Shown in pieces: positions 56,001 through 64,000 of a DNA stretch of 64,000 nt. Source of the stretch: an uncultured Eubacteriales bacterium (GTDB taxonomy: Bacteria > Bacillota > Clostridia > Christensenellales > Aristaeellaceae); contig CADBZH010000011.1 in the NCBI GenBank assembly GCA_902799045.1, forward strand, positions 118,434-182,433, written 5' to 3'. The translations under genes were made by a program, and so were the position numbers. The stretch's first letter is position 1; every line of letters starts with the position of its first letter. Below the pieces are notes generated by a model. The model did not search any database and was not told the DNA's origin. It was given only the letters and a program-made list of their open reading frames with translations.

Positions 56001-57104
56001 GTCACGGCCATTCCCGGCATCCGCGAGAGCGATCACGCCTTCGACCTGCTGGAGAGCGGCCACGTGCACTACATCGTCTACACCGGCGCGCTGCTGGACA
56101 GCACCATCGAGGATTACATCGCCCTGCACCGCAAGGCCCAGCTGCTCGGCATCGCCTGCCTCACCTCGCTGGACACCGCGCGGGCCCTGGCGGACATCCT
56201 GCGCAGCCGCTACAGCCAGCAGAACACCGAGCTGGTGGACATCAACCACATGCGCGCCACTCACGGCACGCTGCGCTTTGCCAAGATGCAGGCCGCGGGC
56301 AACGATTACGTGGTGATCGACAACCTGGACGGCGCCATCTCCTGCCCGGAGAGCCTGGCCGTGCGCCTGTGCGAGCAGCACTACGGCGTCGGCGCGGAGG
56401 GCATGACGCTGATCGAAAAGAGTGACGTGGCCGACGCCAGGATGCGCCAGTACAACCGCGACGGCACCGAGGGCGGCATGGGCGGCAACGCCCTGCGCTG
56501 CGTGGCGAAGTACCTGTACGACCGCGGCCTCGTCGACCGGGCGGATATCACCGTGGAGACCGTCGGCGGCGTGAAGCGGCTGCACCTGTACACCCGCTAC
56601 GGCCGCGTCTCTTCCGTGGCGGTGGACATGGGCCCCGCCTCGTTCGACCCGAAGGCAGTGCCCTGCACGCTCGAGGTCGACCGGGCCGTGAACGTCCCCG
56701 CCGAAATCGGCGGCGAGGCCTACTCCATCACCTGCGTCTCCATGGGCAACCCCCACTGCGTGGTGTTCACCGACCGGGTGGACCGGCTGGACCTGGAGCA
56801 GCTGGGTCCCGTGTTTGAAAACGCGCCGCTGTTCCCCGAGCGGGTGAACGCCGAATTCGTGCGCGTCGTCAACCCCACCACGCTGCGCATGCGCTGCTTT
56901 GAGCGCGGCAGCGGCGAGACCATGGCCTGCGGCACCGGCGCCTGCGCCGCCGCGGCGGCCGCCATCGAAAACGGCCTGTGCCGAAAGGGCGCGGAGATCA
57001 CCGTGCAGGTGCCCGGCGGCACCCTGCGCGTCCGCTACACCGACGAGACGGTGATCCTCACCGGCAGCGTCGCCCAGGTGTTCGAGGCGGAGACGGAATA
57101 CTGA
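53079..57104 (+). CDS. carB: Carbamoyl-phosphate synthase large subunit fused in frame to a DapF-like (diaminopimelate epimerase fold) domain
   Basis: aa 1 to ~1057 are typical CarB (two ATP-grasp halves, MGS-like end). aa 1058-1341 (from ATG 56250) match DapF motifs FAKMQAAGNDY, SMGNPHCV and ERGSGETMACGTGA. No stop codon between the two parts. Confidence 0.85.
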   Translation: MPLNKSIKKVLMIGSGPIVIGQAAEFDYAGAQACRVLKAAGVNVVLVNSNPATIMTDNALADEIYLEPLTVQTVKRIIEKEKPDSMLAGLGGQTGLTLAMQLDKEGFLAAHGVRLIGTNADAIDKAEDRQLFKDTMQQIGEPVIPSDIAGDVDAALAIADRIGYPVIIRPAFTLGGTGGGVAHDEAQMRLAARTGLDASPITQILVEKYIAGWKEIEFETMRDAVGNCIAVCSMENVDPVGIHTGDSIVVAPALTLSNKEYQMLRSASLNIVGALGIVGGCNCQFALNPDSFEYAVIEVNPRVSRSSALASKATGYPIAKVTTQIALGYTLDEIKNEITGKTCACFEPAVDYIVVKFPKWPFDKFTTASRRLGTQMKATGEVMSIAPTFEMALMKAVRGAEIKLDTLNKPASDDRPVLERLADGDDNRIFTVFEAIKAGVAIDAIHAITKIDRWFLYKLKHLADFEAKIAGGLTDEDYRLGKQLGYPDAALARLSGRKDLPKCSSTYKMVDTCAAEFDAETPYFYETFDAACDSRGFPRSGKPVIMVLGSGPIRIGQGIEFDYSSVHCVWTLKQLGYDVVIVNNNPETVSTDYDTADRLYFEPLTDEDVMRIIEVEKPVGVVVAFGGQTAIKLTQHLDRAGVRILGTSAEGIDIAEDRERFDALLEQFSIRRPKGMGVRTLDEALNAANALGYPVLLRPSYVIGGQNMTIAHDDHDVTTYMNRILSGGIENPVLVDKYMPGVELEVDVISDGTDVLIPGIMQHVERAGVHSGDSIAVYPPFSLDDAMMDTVVRSSEKLALALGTKGLVNIQYLVYHGELYVIEVNPRASRTIPYISKVTGVPMVDLASRVMIGQPLKGLGYGTGLYKTPPYCAVKVPVFSFEKLSDANSYLGPEMKSTGEVLGIGKNLSEALFKGLVSSGIHLPLPGERTGVFISVDEYDYLEVVDVARRFSDLGCALYATEGTAETIRTLGIPVTAIPGIRESDHAFDLLESGHVHYIVYTGALLDSTIEDYIALHRKAQLLGIACLTSLDTARALADILRSRYSQQNTELVDINHMRATHGTLRFAKMQAAGNDYVVIDNLDGAISCPESLAVRLCEQHYGVGAEGMTLIEKSDVADARMRQYNRDGTEGGMGGNALRCVAKYLYDRGLVDRADITVETVGGVKRLHLYTRYGRVSSVAVDMGPASFDPKAVPCTLEVDRAVNVPAEIGGEAYSITCVSMGNPHCVVFTDRVDRLDLEQLGPVFENAPLFPERVNAEFVRVVNPTTLRMRCFERGSGETMACGTGACAAAAAAIENGLCRKGAEITVQVPGGTLRVRYTDETVILTGSVAQVFEAETEY

Positions 57105-57120
57105 TCCGCTCGACCGGCGG

Positions 57121-57220
57121 GGTTCATCACGGAAACCTGGGGGAATAAGCGAAAGGCAGTCAGCCAATCATGCGTTGCCAGCCAGCCACGTCCTGTTCAT
57201 TCCCCCAACCTTCCGTGAAC
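57121..57220. repeat. C-type inverted-terminal element (~100 bp)
   Basis: GGTTCATCACGGAAACCTGGGGGAATAAGC ... reverse-complement arm GTTCATTCCCCCAACCTTCCGTGAAC. Confidence 0.8.
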
Positions 57221-57232
57221 GCCTTCTTTCTA

Positions 57233-57261
57233 TTGACTTCCCCCACGAAATCCATTAGAAT
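57233..57261 (+). promoter_or_regulatory. Candidate promoter TTGACT-17-TAGAAT for the beta-mannosidase gene
   Basis: TTGACT 57233-57238, TAGAAT 57256-57261. Confidence 0.5.
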
Positions 57262-57298
57262 ACACTCAACCAAATAACATCACAAGGGGGAAACACCC

Positions 57299-59743
57299 AT
57301 GCAAAAGCTGTCCCTGAACGGCGCGTGGTCCCTGGACGTCATCGCCCGGGACGGCGCGCCCGTGTTCTCCGGCGTGCCGGCCACAGTGCCCGGCTCGGTG
57401 TATCACGACCTGCTGACCGCCGAGCGCATTCCGGATCCCTTCTGGCGCGACAACGAAAACGAGGCGCTGAAGCTGATGGCGAACGACTTCGTCTACACCC
57501 GCGCCTTCCAGGTCCCGGAGAGCCTGCTGGCCTGCGACCGGGTGCTGCTGCGCTGCGAGGGCCTGGACACATTGGCGGAGATCCGCCTCAACGGCACGCC
57601 GGTGGGCAGCGCCGACAACATGCACCGCACCTGGGAATTCGACGCCAAGGCGCTGCTGAAGGCTGGCGAAAACACCATCGCCGTCCTGCTGCACTCGCCC
57701 ACGGAATTCATCCGCCAGGCCTATGAGGCCGACCCGTGCGAGGGCTCGTCCGACGCCATGCGGGGCTTCCCTCACCTGCGCAAGGCCGCCTGCATGTTCG
57801 GCTGGGACTGGGGCCCGCGCCTGCCCGACGCCGGCATCTGGCGGGACATCGGCCTGATCGGCCTCACCCGCGCCCGCATCGGCGGCGTGCAGATCCACCA
57901 GCGCCACGAGGGCAGCCGGGTCGTCTGCCGGCTGGACACCCACGTCGCCCGCTGGGGCGGCGGCGAGCTGCACGTGGACGCCGCCATCACCGCGCCCGAC
58001 GGCCGCGTGTTCACCGGCACGGGCAGGAATTGCGAGATCGCCATCGAGGACCCGCAGCTCTGGTGGCCCAACGGCTTCGGCGAGCACCCGCTCTACGGCG
58101 TCTGTGTGGCGCTGAGCCTGGACGGCGTGGAGCTGGACCGCTGGGAGGGGCGCGTCGGCCTGCGCACGCTCACCGTGAAGCGCGAAAAGGACGAATGGGG
58201 CGAGAGCTTCTGCTTCAACGTCAACGGCGTGGACATCTTCGCCATGGGCGCGGACTACATCCCCGAGGACAACCTGCTGCCCCGGGTGACGCCCGAGCGC
58301 ACCCGCCGGCTGCTGGAGGACGCCGCGGCGGCCCACATGAACACCATCCGCGTCTGGGGCGGCGGCTACTACCCGGACGACTTCTTCTTTGACCTCTGCG
58401 ACGAGCTGGGCCTGATGGTCTGGCAGGACTTCATGTTCGCCTGCGCCGCCTACCGGCTCACCGACGCCATGGAGGAAAACCTTCGCGCGGAGTTCACCGA
58501 CAACATCCGGCGCCTGCGCCACCACGCCAGCCTGGCGCTCTGGTGCGGCAACAACGAGATGGAGGGCTTCATCGGCGCGGGCCTGTGGGTCACCGAAAAG
58601 CGCCAGCAGGCCGACTACATCAAGCTGTTCGAGTACATCATCCCCCAGGTGCTGAAGAAGGAGGACCCGGACACCTTCTACTGGCCCTCCAGCCCCTCCA
58701 GCGGCGGCAGCTTCGACGATCCGCAGAACCCGGATCGGGGCGACGTGCACTACTGGGACGTGTGGCACGGCATGAAGCCCTTCACCGACTACCGCAACCA
58801 TCGCTTCCGCTTCGTCTCGGAGTTCGGCTTCCAGGCCTTCCCCTCCATGGCGACCATCGAGGGCTTCACCCTGCCGGAGGACCGCAACGTGTTTGCCTAC
58901 GTGATGGAGAAGCATCAGCGCAACGCCTCCGCCAACGGCAAGATCGCGGAATACCTCTCGCAGACCTACCGCTTCCCCCGCGATCTGGACGGCTTCGTCT
59001 ATGCCAGCCAGCTGCTGCAGGCCCAGGCCATGCAGTACGGCGTGGAGCACTGGCGCCGCCACCGGGGCCGCTGCATGGGCGCGGTGGTGTGGCAGCTGAA
59101 CGACTGCTGGCCGGTGGTCAGCTGGGCCAGTATCGACTACCACGGCCGCTGGAAGGCGCTGCACTACTATGAAAAGCGCTTCTTCGCGCCGGTGCTGATC
59201 TCCTGCCACGAGGAGGGCGTGCTCAGCCAGGACACCAACGTCAACGCCGAACCCTTCGAGCTAAAGAAATCCGCGCGGCTGAACGTCTCCAACGAGACGA
59301 CGCGCCCGTTCACCGGCGTCGCCCGCTGGTCGCTGCGCCGGCCGGACGCCTCCGTGATCGCCGAGGGCGTCTTCGACGTGAACGTGCCCGCGCTCAGCGC
59401 CGTCTGGCTGCCGGAGCAGGATTTCTCCGACCAGGACACCTACGGCTGCTACTACGCCTACGAGCTTGCCGACGCCGCGGGCAACGCGGTGGGCGGCGGC
59501 ACGGTGCTGTTCTGCCCGCCGAAGCACTTCCGCTTTGAGGACCCGAAGCTCACCGCCCGCGTGGAGGGCGACGAGATCGTCGTCTCCGCCAGCGCCTATG
59601 CCCGCAGCGTGGAGATCCTTTGCGGCGCGGACACCCTCCTCTCCGACAACTACTTCGACATGAACGCCGGGGAGCGGCGCGTGAAGATCCTCCGCGGCAC
59701 GGCGGAAACCCCCGTCGCGCGCAGCGTGTACGACATCGGCTGA
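57299..59743 (+). CDS. GH2 beta-mannosidase
   Basis: 814 aa; N-terminal WSL...VPGSVYHDLL...IPDPFW and IRVWGGGYYPDDFFFDLCDELGLMVWQDFMFAC, typical of beta-mannosidases. Confidence 0.85.
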   Translation: MQKLSLNGAWSLDVIARDGAPVFSGVPATVPGSVYHDLLTAERIPDPFWRDNENEALKLMANDFVYTRAFQVPESLLACDRVLLRCEGLDTLAEIRLNGTPVGSADNMHRTWEFDAKALLKAGENTIAVLLHSPTEFIRQAYEADPCEGSSDAMRGFPHLRKAACMFGWDWGPRLPDAGIWRDIGLIGLTRARIGGVQIHQRHEGSRVVCRLDTHVARWGGGELHVDAAITAPDGRVFTGTGRNCEIAIEDPQLWWPNGFGEHPLYGVCVALSLDGVELDRWEGRVGLRTLTVKREKDEWGESFCFNVNGVDIFAMGADYIPEDNLLPRVTPERTRRLLEDAAAAHMNTIRVWGGGYYPDDFFFDLCDELGLMVWQDFMFACAAYRLTDAMEENLRAEFTDNIRRLRHHASLALWCGNNEMEGFIGAGLWVTEKRQQADYIKLFEYIIPQVLKKEDPDTFYWPSSPSSGGSFDDPQNPDRGDVHYWDVWHGMKPFTDYRNHRFRFVSEFGFQAFPSMATIEGFTLPEDRNVFAYVMEKHQRNASANGKIAEYLSQTYRFPRDLDGFVYASQLLQAQAMQYGVEHWRRHRGRCMGAVVWQLNDCWPVVSWASIDYHGRWKALHYYEKRFFAPVLISCHEEGVLSQDTNVNAEPFELKKSARLNVSNETTRPFTGVARWSLRRPDASVIAEGVFDVNVPALSAVWLPEQDFSDQDTYGCYYAYELADAAGNAVGGGTVLFCPPKHFRFEDPKLTARVEGDEIVVSASAYARSVEILCGADTLLSDNYFDMNAGERRVKILRGTAETPVARSVYDIG

Positions 59744-59862
59744 CCCGCAAAACCCGGAACAGGTCCTTCACGGAGCCTCGCGGGATCAGTCCGGCGCAGC
59801 CTGCTAACGCGTTTCACCGGCCAAAGCCATCGGAAGAGACAACCTGTGGTATCAGCCCAAAA

Positions 59863-59892
59863 GGGGGGCGCTGCCTTTCGGCAGTGCCCCCC
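59863..59892. terminator. Bidirectional GC-rich terminator hairpin between convergent genes
   Basis: GGGGGGCGCTGCC-TTTC-GGCAGTGCCCCCC, flanked by AAAA (5') and TGATTC (3'). Confidence 0.6.
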
Positions 59893-59925
59893 TGATTCAT
59901 TCCTTACAGCTTCCGCGCATTCAGC

Positions 59926-61524
59926 TTAGCGGCCAAACTGGCAGTCGTTGTTGCCGGAATCGGTGGTCCACATCTCCAGCATGTTGATGGGATCGTTGAA
60001 GTCAGCGATCCAGCCGTTGCGGGCGATGTCATAGTTGCCGGCCTTGCGGTCATCCAGGAACACGTTCCAGTCGCAGGTGCGGATGGTCATCTCGATGCCC
60101 ACGGCGGCCAGGTCCTGCTGGATGCACTCGGCGATGGCGACATGGCCGGAAGACTCGTTGGTCAGGTACTCGAAGCTGATGGGGTTGCTGGCGGACAGCA
60201 TCTCGCCGTCGAACTCAAAGCCGGCTTCCTTCAGCAGCTCGATCGCGCCTTCCACGTCCACTTCGTAGCCGTAGTAGCCCACGTTCTCCTCGTCCGGATA
60301 GGTGTAAGCGTCGTCGTTCTCCTTGAACACGCCGCCGTTGCCATCGGCCATACCCTCGGGGATGAAGGCGTTGGCGGGCTTCTGCTCGCACTGGCCCACG
60401 GTCTCGATGATATAGTCGCGGTCGATCAGCTTGGAGAAGGCCAGGCGCATGGCAGCCGCCTGCTCCACGGTCTTGCCGGCGAACAGGTCGCTCTTCACGT
60501 TGAAGCCCACATAGTAGGTGCCCAGGTTGTCGATGATGTGGAACTCGGGGTTGTCCTTCAGGTTCTGGATCTCATCGGTGGGAACGCTGTCGATGAAGTC
60601 CACGTCGCCGGCCTGATAGGCGGCATAGATGGCGGTGTCGTCAGCGGAGAGCATGAACTCCAGCTTCTCCAGCTTCACGTTCTCGGCAGGGCCGGAGGTC
60701 ACGAAGCCGGCTTCGTTGGCCCACGCGCCGGGATTCTCTTCCCAACCCTCGGCAGCCTCAACGGCCTGCTGGGGCACGGCGTAGAAGGCGGGGAACGCCA
60801 TCAGGTCCAGCATGTAGGCGCAGGGCGCGTCCAGCTCGACGGTCAGGGTGGCGCCATCCTCAGAGGCGGTCACGGCCAGGTTGTCCGGATAGCCCTTGAT
60901 GCCGTTGAACATATAGCTGTAGTCCGCGGCGGTCGCGGGAGCGGCGGCGCGCTTCCAGCTGTACTCGAAGTCCTTGGCGGTCAGGTCGGTGCCGTCGGAC
61001 CACTTCAGGCCTTCGCGCATGGTGAAGGTGTAGGTCAGGCCGTCCTCGCTCATCTCATAGCCGGTGGCGAAGTCGGGGGCCAGGTTGCCCTCGGCGTCAT
61101 AGGTGTACAGGCCGCCGAAGGAGGCGATCGCCAGGCAGGCGCCGTCCACGGAGCTGTTCAGAGCGGGATCCAGGTGATCCGGCTCGGAGGCCAGGTTCAG
61201 GCGCAGGGTGTCGGAACCCTCGACCGTGGCATACTGGAAGAACTTGAAGCCGAACAGGTTGGCATAGATGCCGTCCACGGTGGGCTTCTGCATATACAGG
61301 TCGTTGTAATAGTAGATCGGCATGATGGCGCCGGTGGCCATCAGGATGTCCTCGGCCTGATGCATCTTGGCTTCACGGGCCGCGAAGTCGGTCTCGCTCT
61401 TGATCTCGGCGATCAGAGTGTTGTACTCGGTCCAATCGGGCTCGGAGCCTTCATCTGCCATGGCGACGACGGCGCAGGAAAGCAGCATCATCATGGCCAG
61501 CAGCGCTGCAAGCAGCTTCTTCAT
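59926..61524 (-). CDS. oppA: Peptide/oligopeptide ABC transporter substrate-binding lipoprotein (family 5)
   Basis: Signal peptide with LLSC lipobox-like motif; family-5 SBP-like sequence; follows oppCDF. Confidence 0.85.
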   Translation of the reverse strand: MKKLLAALLAMMMLLSCAVVAMADEGSEPDWTEYNTLIAEIKSETDFAAREAKMHQAEDILMATGAIMPIYYYNDLYMQKPTVDGIYANLFGFKFFQYATVEGSDTLRLNLASEPDHLDPALNSSVDGACLAIASFGGLYTYDAEGNLAPDFATGYEMSEDGLTYTFTMREGLKWSDGTDLTAKDFEYSWKRAAAPATAADYSYMFNGIKGYPDNLAVTASEDGATLTVELDAPCAYMLDLMAFPAFYAVPQQAVEAAEGWEENPGAWANEAGFVTSGPAENVKLEKLEFMLSADDTAIYAAYQAGDVDFIDSVPTDEIQNLKDNPEFHIIDNLGTYYVGFNVKSDLFAGKTVEQAAAMRLAFSKLIDRDYIIETVGQCEQKPANAFIPEGMADGNGGVFKENDDAYTYPDEENVGYYGYEVDVEGAIELLKEAGFEFDGEMLSASNPISFEYLTNESSGHVAIAECIQQDLAAVGIEMTIRTCDWNVFLDDRKAGNYDIARNGWIADFNDPINMLEMWTTDSGNNDCQFGR

Positions 61525-61588
61525 AGGGTGTCTTCCTCCTAAATGATATTATCTGAAACGGCTTGGCCGTTAGAGATCCAAACGATGG

Positions 61589-62550
61589 CTATTCGTGCGG
61601 ATTCCAGCAGGCGATCTGGTGGCCGCCGCCGATGTCCACAAGGCCCGGGCACTCCTTCGCGCAGCGCTCGGTGGCATAGCGGCAGCGGGGCCGGAACGCG
61701 CAGCCTGCGGGCATGTTCAGCGGGCTGGGCACGTCGCCCTCCAGCGGAATGCGCTTGCGGGTGCGGGCGGTGTTCGGGTCGGGGATCGGGATGGCGGAGA
61801 TCAGCGACTGGGTGTACGGGTGCATCGGATGGGTGATCACCTCGTCCGCGTCGGCGATTTCCACGATCCTGCCCAGGTACATCACCGCGATGCGCTGGCT
61901 GATGTGCTGCACCACCAGCAAGTCGTGGGCGATGAACAGATAGGCGATGCCCAGCTGCTTCTGCAGGTCCTCGAACGTGTTGATGACCTGCGCCTGGATG
62001 GACACGTCCAGCGCGCTGACCGGCTCGTCGCAGACGATGAACTTCGGCTTCACGGCCAAGGCGCGGGCGATGCCAATGCGCTGGCGCTGGCCGCCGGAAA
62101 ACTCGTGGGCATAGCGGCGCGCGTGGTCGCTGTTCAGGCCGACCAGGTTCAAAAGCTCCGTGATCCGCTCGGCCCGCTCCTGCTTGGAGCTGTACAGGCC
62201 GTGGATGTCCAGCGGCTCGCCCACGATGTCGGAGACCGTCATGCGCGGGTTCAGGCTGGAATAGGGGTCCTGGAACACGATCTGCATTTCCTGGCGGAAA
62301 TTGCTGATGTTCTGGCTCGTCACCGGCGTGCCGTTGTAGATGATCTCGCCGGCGGTGGGCTTGTACAGGTGCAGGATCGTCCTTCCCACGGTGGTCTTGC
62401 CGCAGCCGCTCTCCCCCACCAGGCCCAGCGTCTCGCCGGCCTTGATGTTGAAGGACACGCCGTCCACGGCCTTCAGCGGCTTGCTGGAAAACCAGCCGGT
62501 GCGAATCGGGAAATACTGCTTGAGGTCCCTGACTTCAAGGAGGTATTCGC

Positions 62551-62554
<4 letters not shown>
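61589..62554 (-). CDS. oppF: Oligopeptide ABC transporter ATP-binding protein OppF-like
   Basis: Walker A GESGCGKTT, LSGGQRQR, C-terminal oligopeptide/dipeptide Cys-rich extension. Confidence 0.92.
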
Positions 62555-63564
<1,010 letters not shown>

Positions 63565-63569
63565 GTCGG

Positions 63570-64000
63570 TTACCTCCTCAGCTTCGGGTCAAAGGCGTCG
63601 CGCAGGCCGTCGCCCAGCAGGTTGAAGCTGAGCACGATCAGGCAGATGATGATCGCGGGGAACACCATCTTGTAGGGATAGCTCTGCATGCCGCCGCGGG
63701 CCGCATTCGCCAGCGAGCCCAGCGAGGGCATCGGCGCCTGCACGCCCAGGCCGATGAACGAGAGGAAGCTCTCGGTGAAGATGGCCGAGGGGATCTGCAA
63801 GGCCACGGAGATGAAGATCACGCTCATGCAGTTCGGCAGGATGTGCCTGCGGATGATGCGGCCGGGCTTCGCGCCCATGGCGCGGGCCGCCAGCACGTAT
63901 TCGTTGGTTTTGATGGAGAGGATCTGGCCGCGCACCAGGCGCGCCATGCCCACCCAGTAGAGCACGCCGAACACCACAAACAGCGAGATCATGTTCGTGC
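63570..64000 (-). CDS. oppC: Oligopeptide ABC transporter permease OppC-like (N-terminus beyond window end)
   Basis: C-terminal part of a BPD-type permease (..LGDGLRDAFDPKLRR); reading frame stays open to the window edge. Confidence 0.85.
   Translation of the reverse strand, partial: TNMISLFVVFGVLYWVGMARLVRGQILSIKTNEYVLAARAMGAKPGRIIRRHILPNCMSVIFISVALQIPSAIFTESFLSFIGLGVQAPMPSLGSLANAARGGMQSYPYKMVFPAIIICLIVLSFNLLGDGLRDAFDPKLRR

Overview
High-GC (roughly 60-68% by eye) chromosomal segment that looks like Firmicutes/Clostridia. The taxon is an inference from strong GGAGG Shine-Dalgarno sites, a T-box leader, a SpoIID homolog and an IspH-S1 fusion. All calls come from reading the ORF track and the sequence by hand. 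No searches were run, so product names rest on recognised motifs and start sites on SD spacing.

Gene content:
- 1-10.7 kb: a complete S10-spc ribosomal protein cluster on the minus strand (rpsJ through rplO, then secY, which runs off the window start).
- 10.97-11.55 kb: an AT-rich (~35-40% GC) single-gene JAB/MPN cassette, wedged between the S10 promoter and a Phd/PIN toxin-antitoxin pair.
- 12.5-17.6 kb: a stand-alone 1696-aa RND permease.
- 17.8-21.9 kb: a secreted caspase-like protease downstream of a SpoIID-like protein, both on the minus strand.
- 22.1-64 kb: ordinary housekeeping genes. These are FHA-RodA-PBP, DUF5655 plus an ABC pair, uvrC, GNAT, pepV, cmk, plsC, ispH-rpsA, a hydrolase, MarR, tatD, metG with a Met T-box, GH13, an ArsB/NhaD permease, cat, pfp, argF-carA-carB, a GH2 beta-mannosidase and oppCDF-oppA.

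Most interesting observations:
1. The RND permease carries a ~570-aa antiparallel coiled-coil insertion with a 9 x PTEAPS(E/G)E tip, and has no adaptor gene nearby.
2. Almost every intergenic region is filled with several families of nested palindromic repeats. In one family the inner hairpin stem differs between copies while staying complementary.
3. The secreted caspase-like protease also has PPC, Big_2 and EF-hand-like modules.
4. The orphan JAB cassette has foreign base composition.
5. CarB is fused in frame to a DapF-like domain whose first catalytic Cys is replaced by Gly.
6. The rplN ORF lacks 20 universally conserved L14 residues.
7. The cat gene has a leader-peptide/stem-loop arrangement like translation attenuation.

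I saw no CRISPR array, rRNA, tRNA, transposase, integrase or recognisable multi-gene defence system. No candidate is proven novel.
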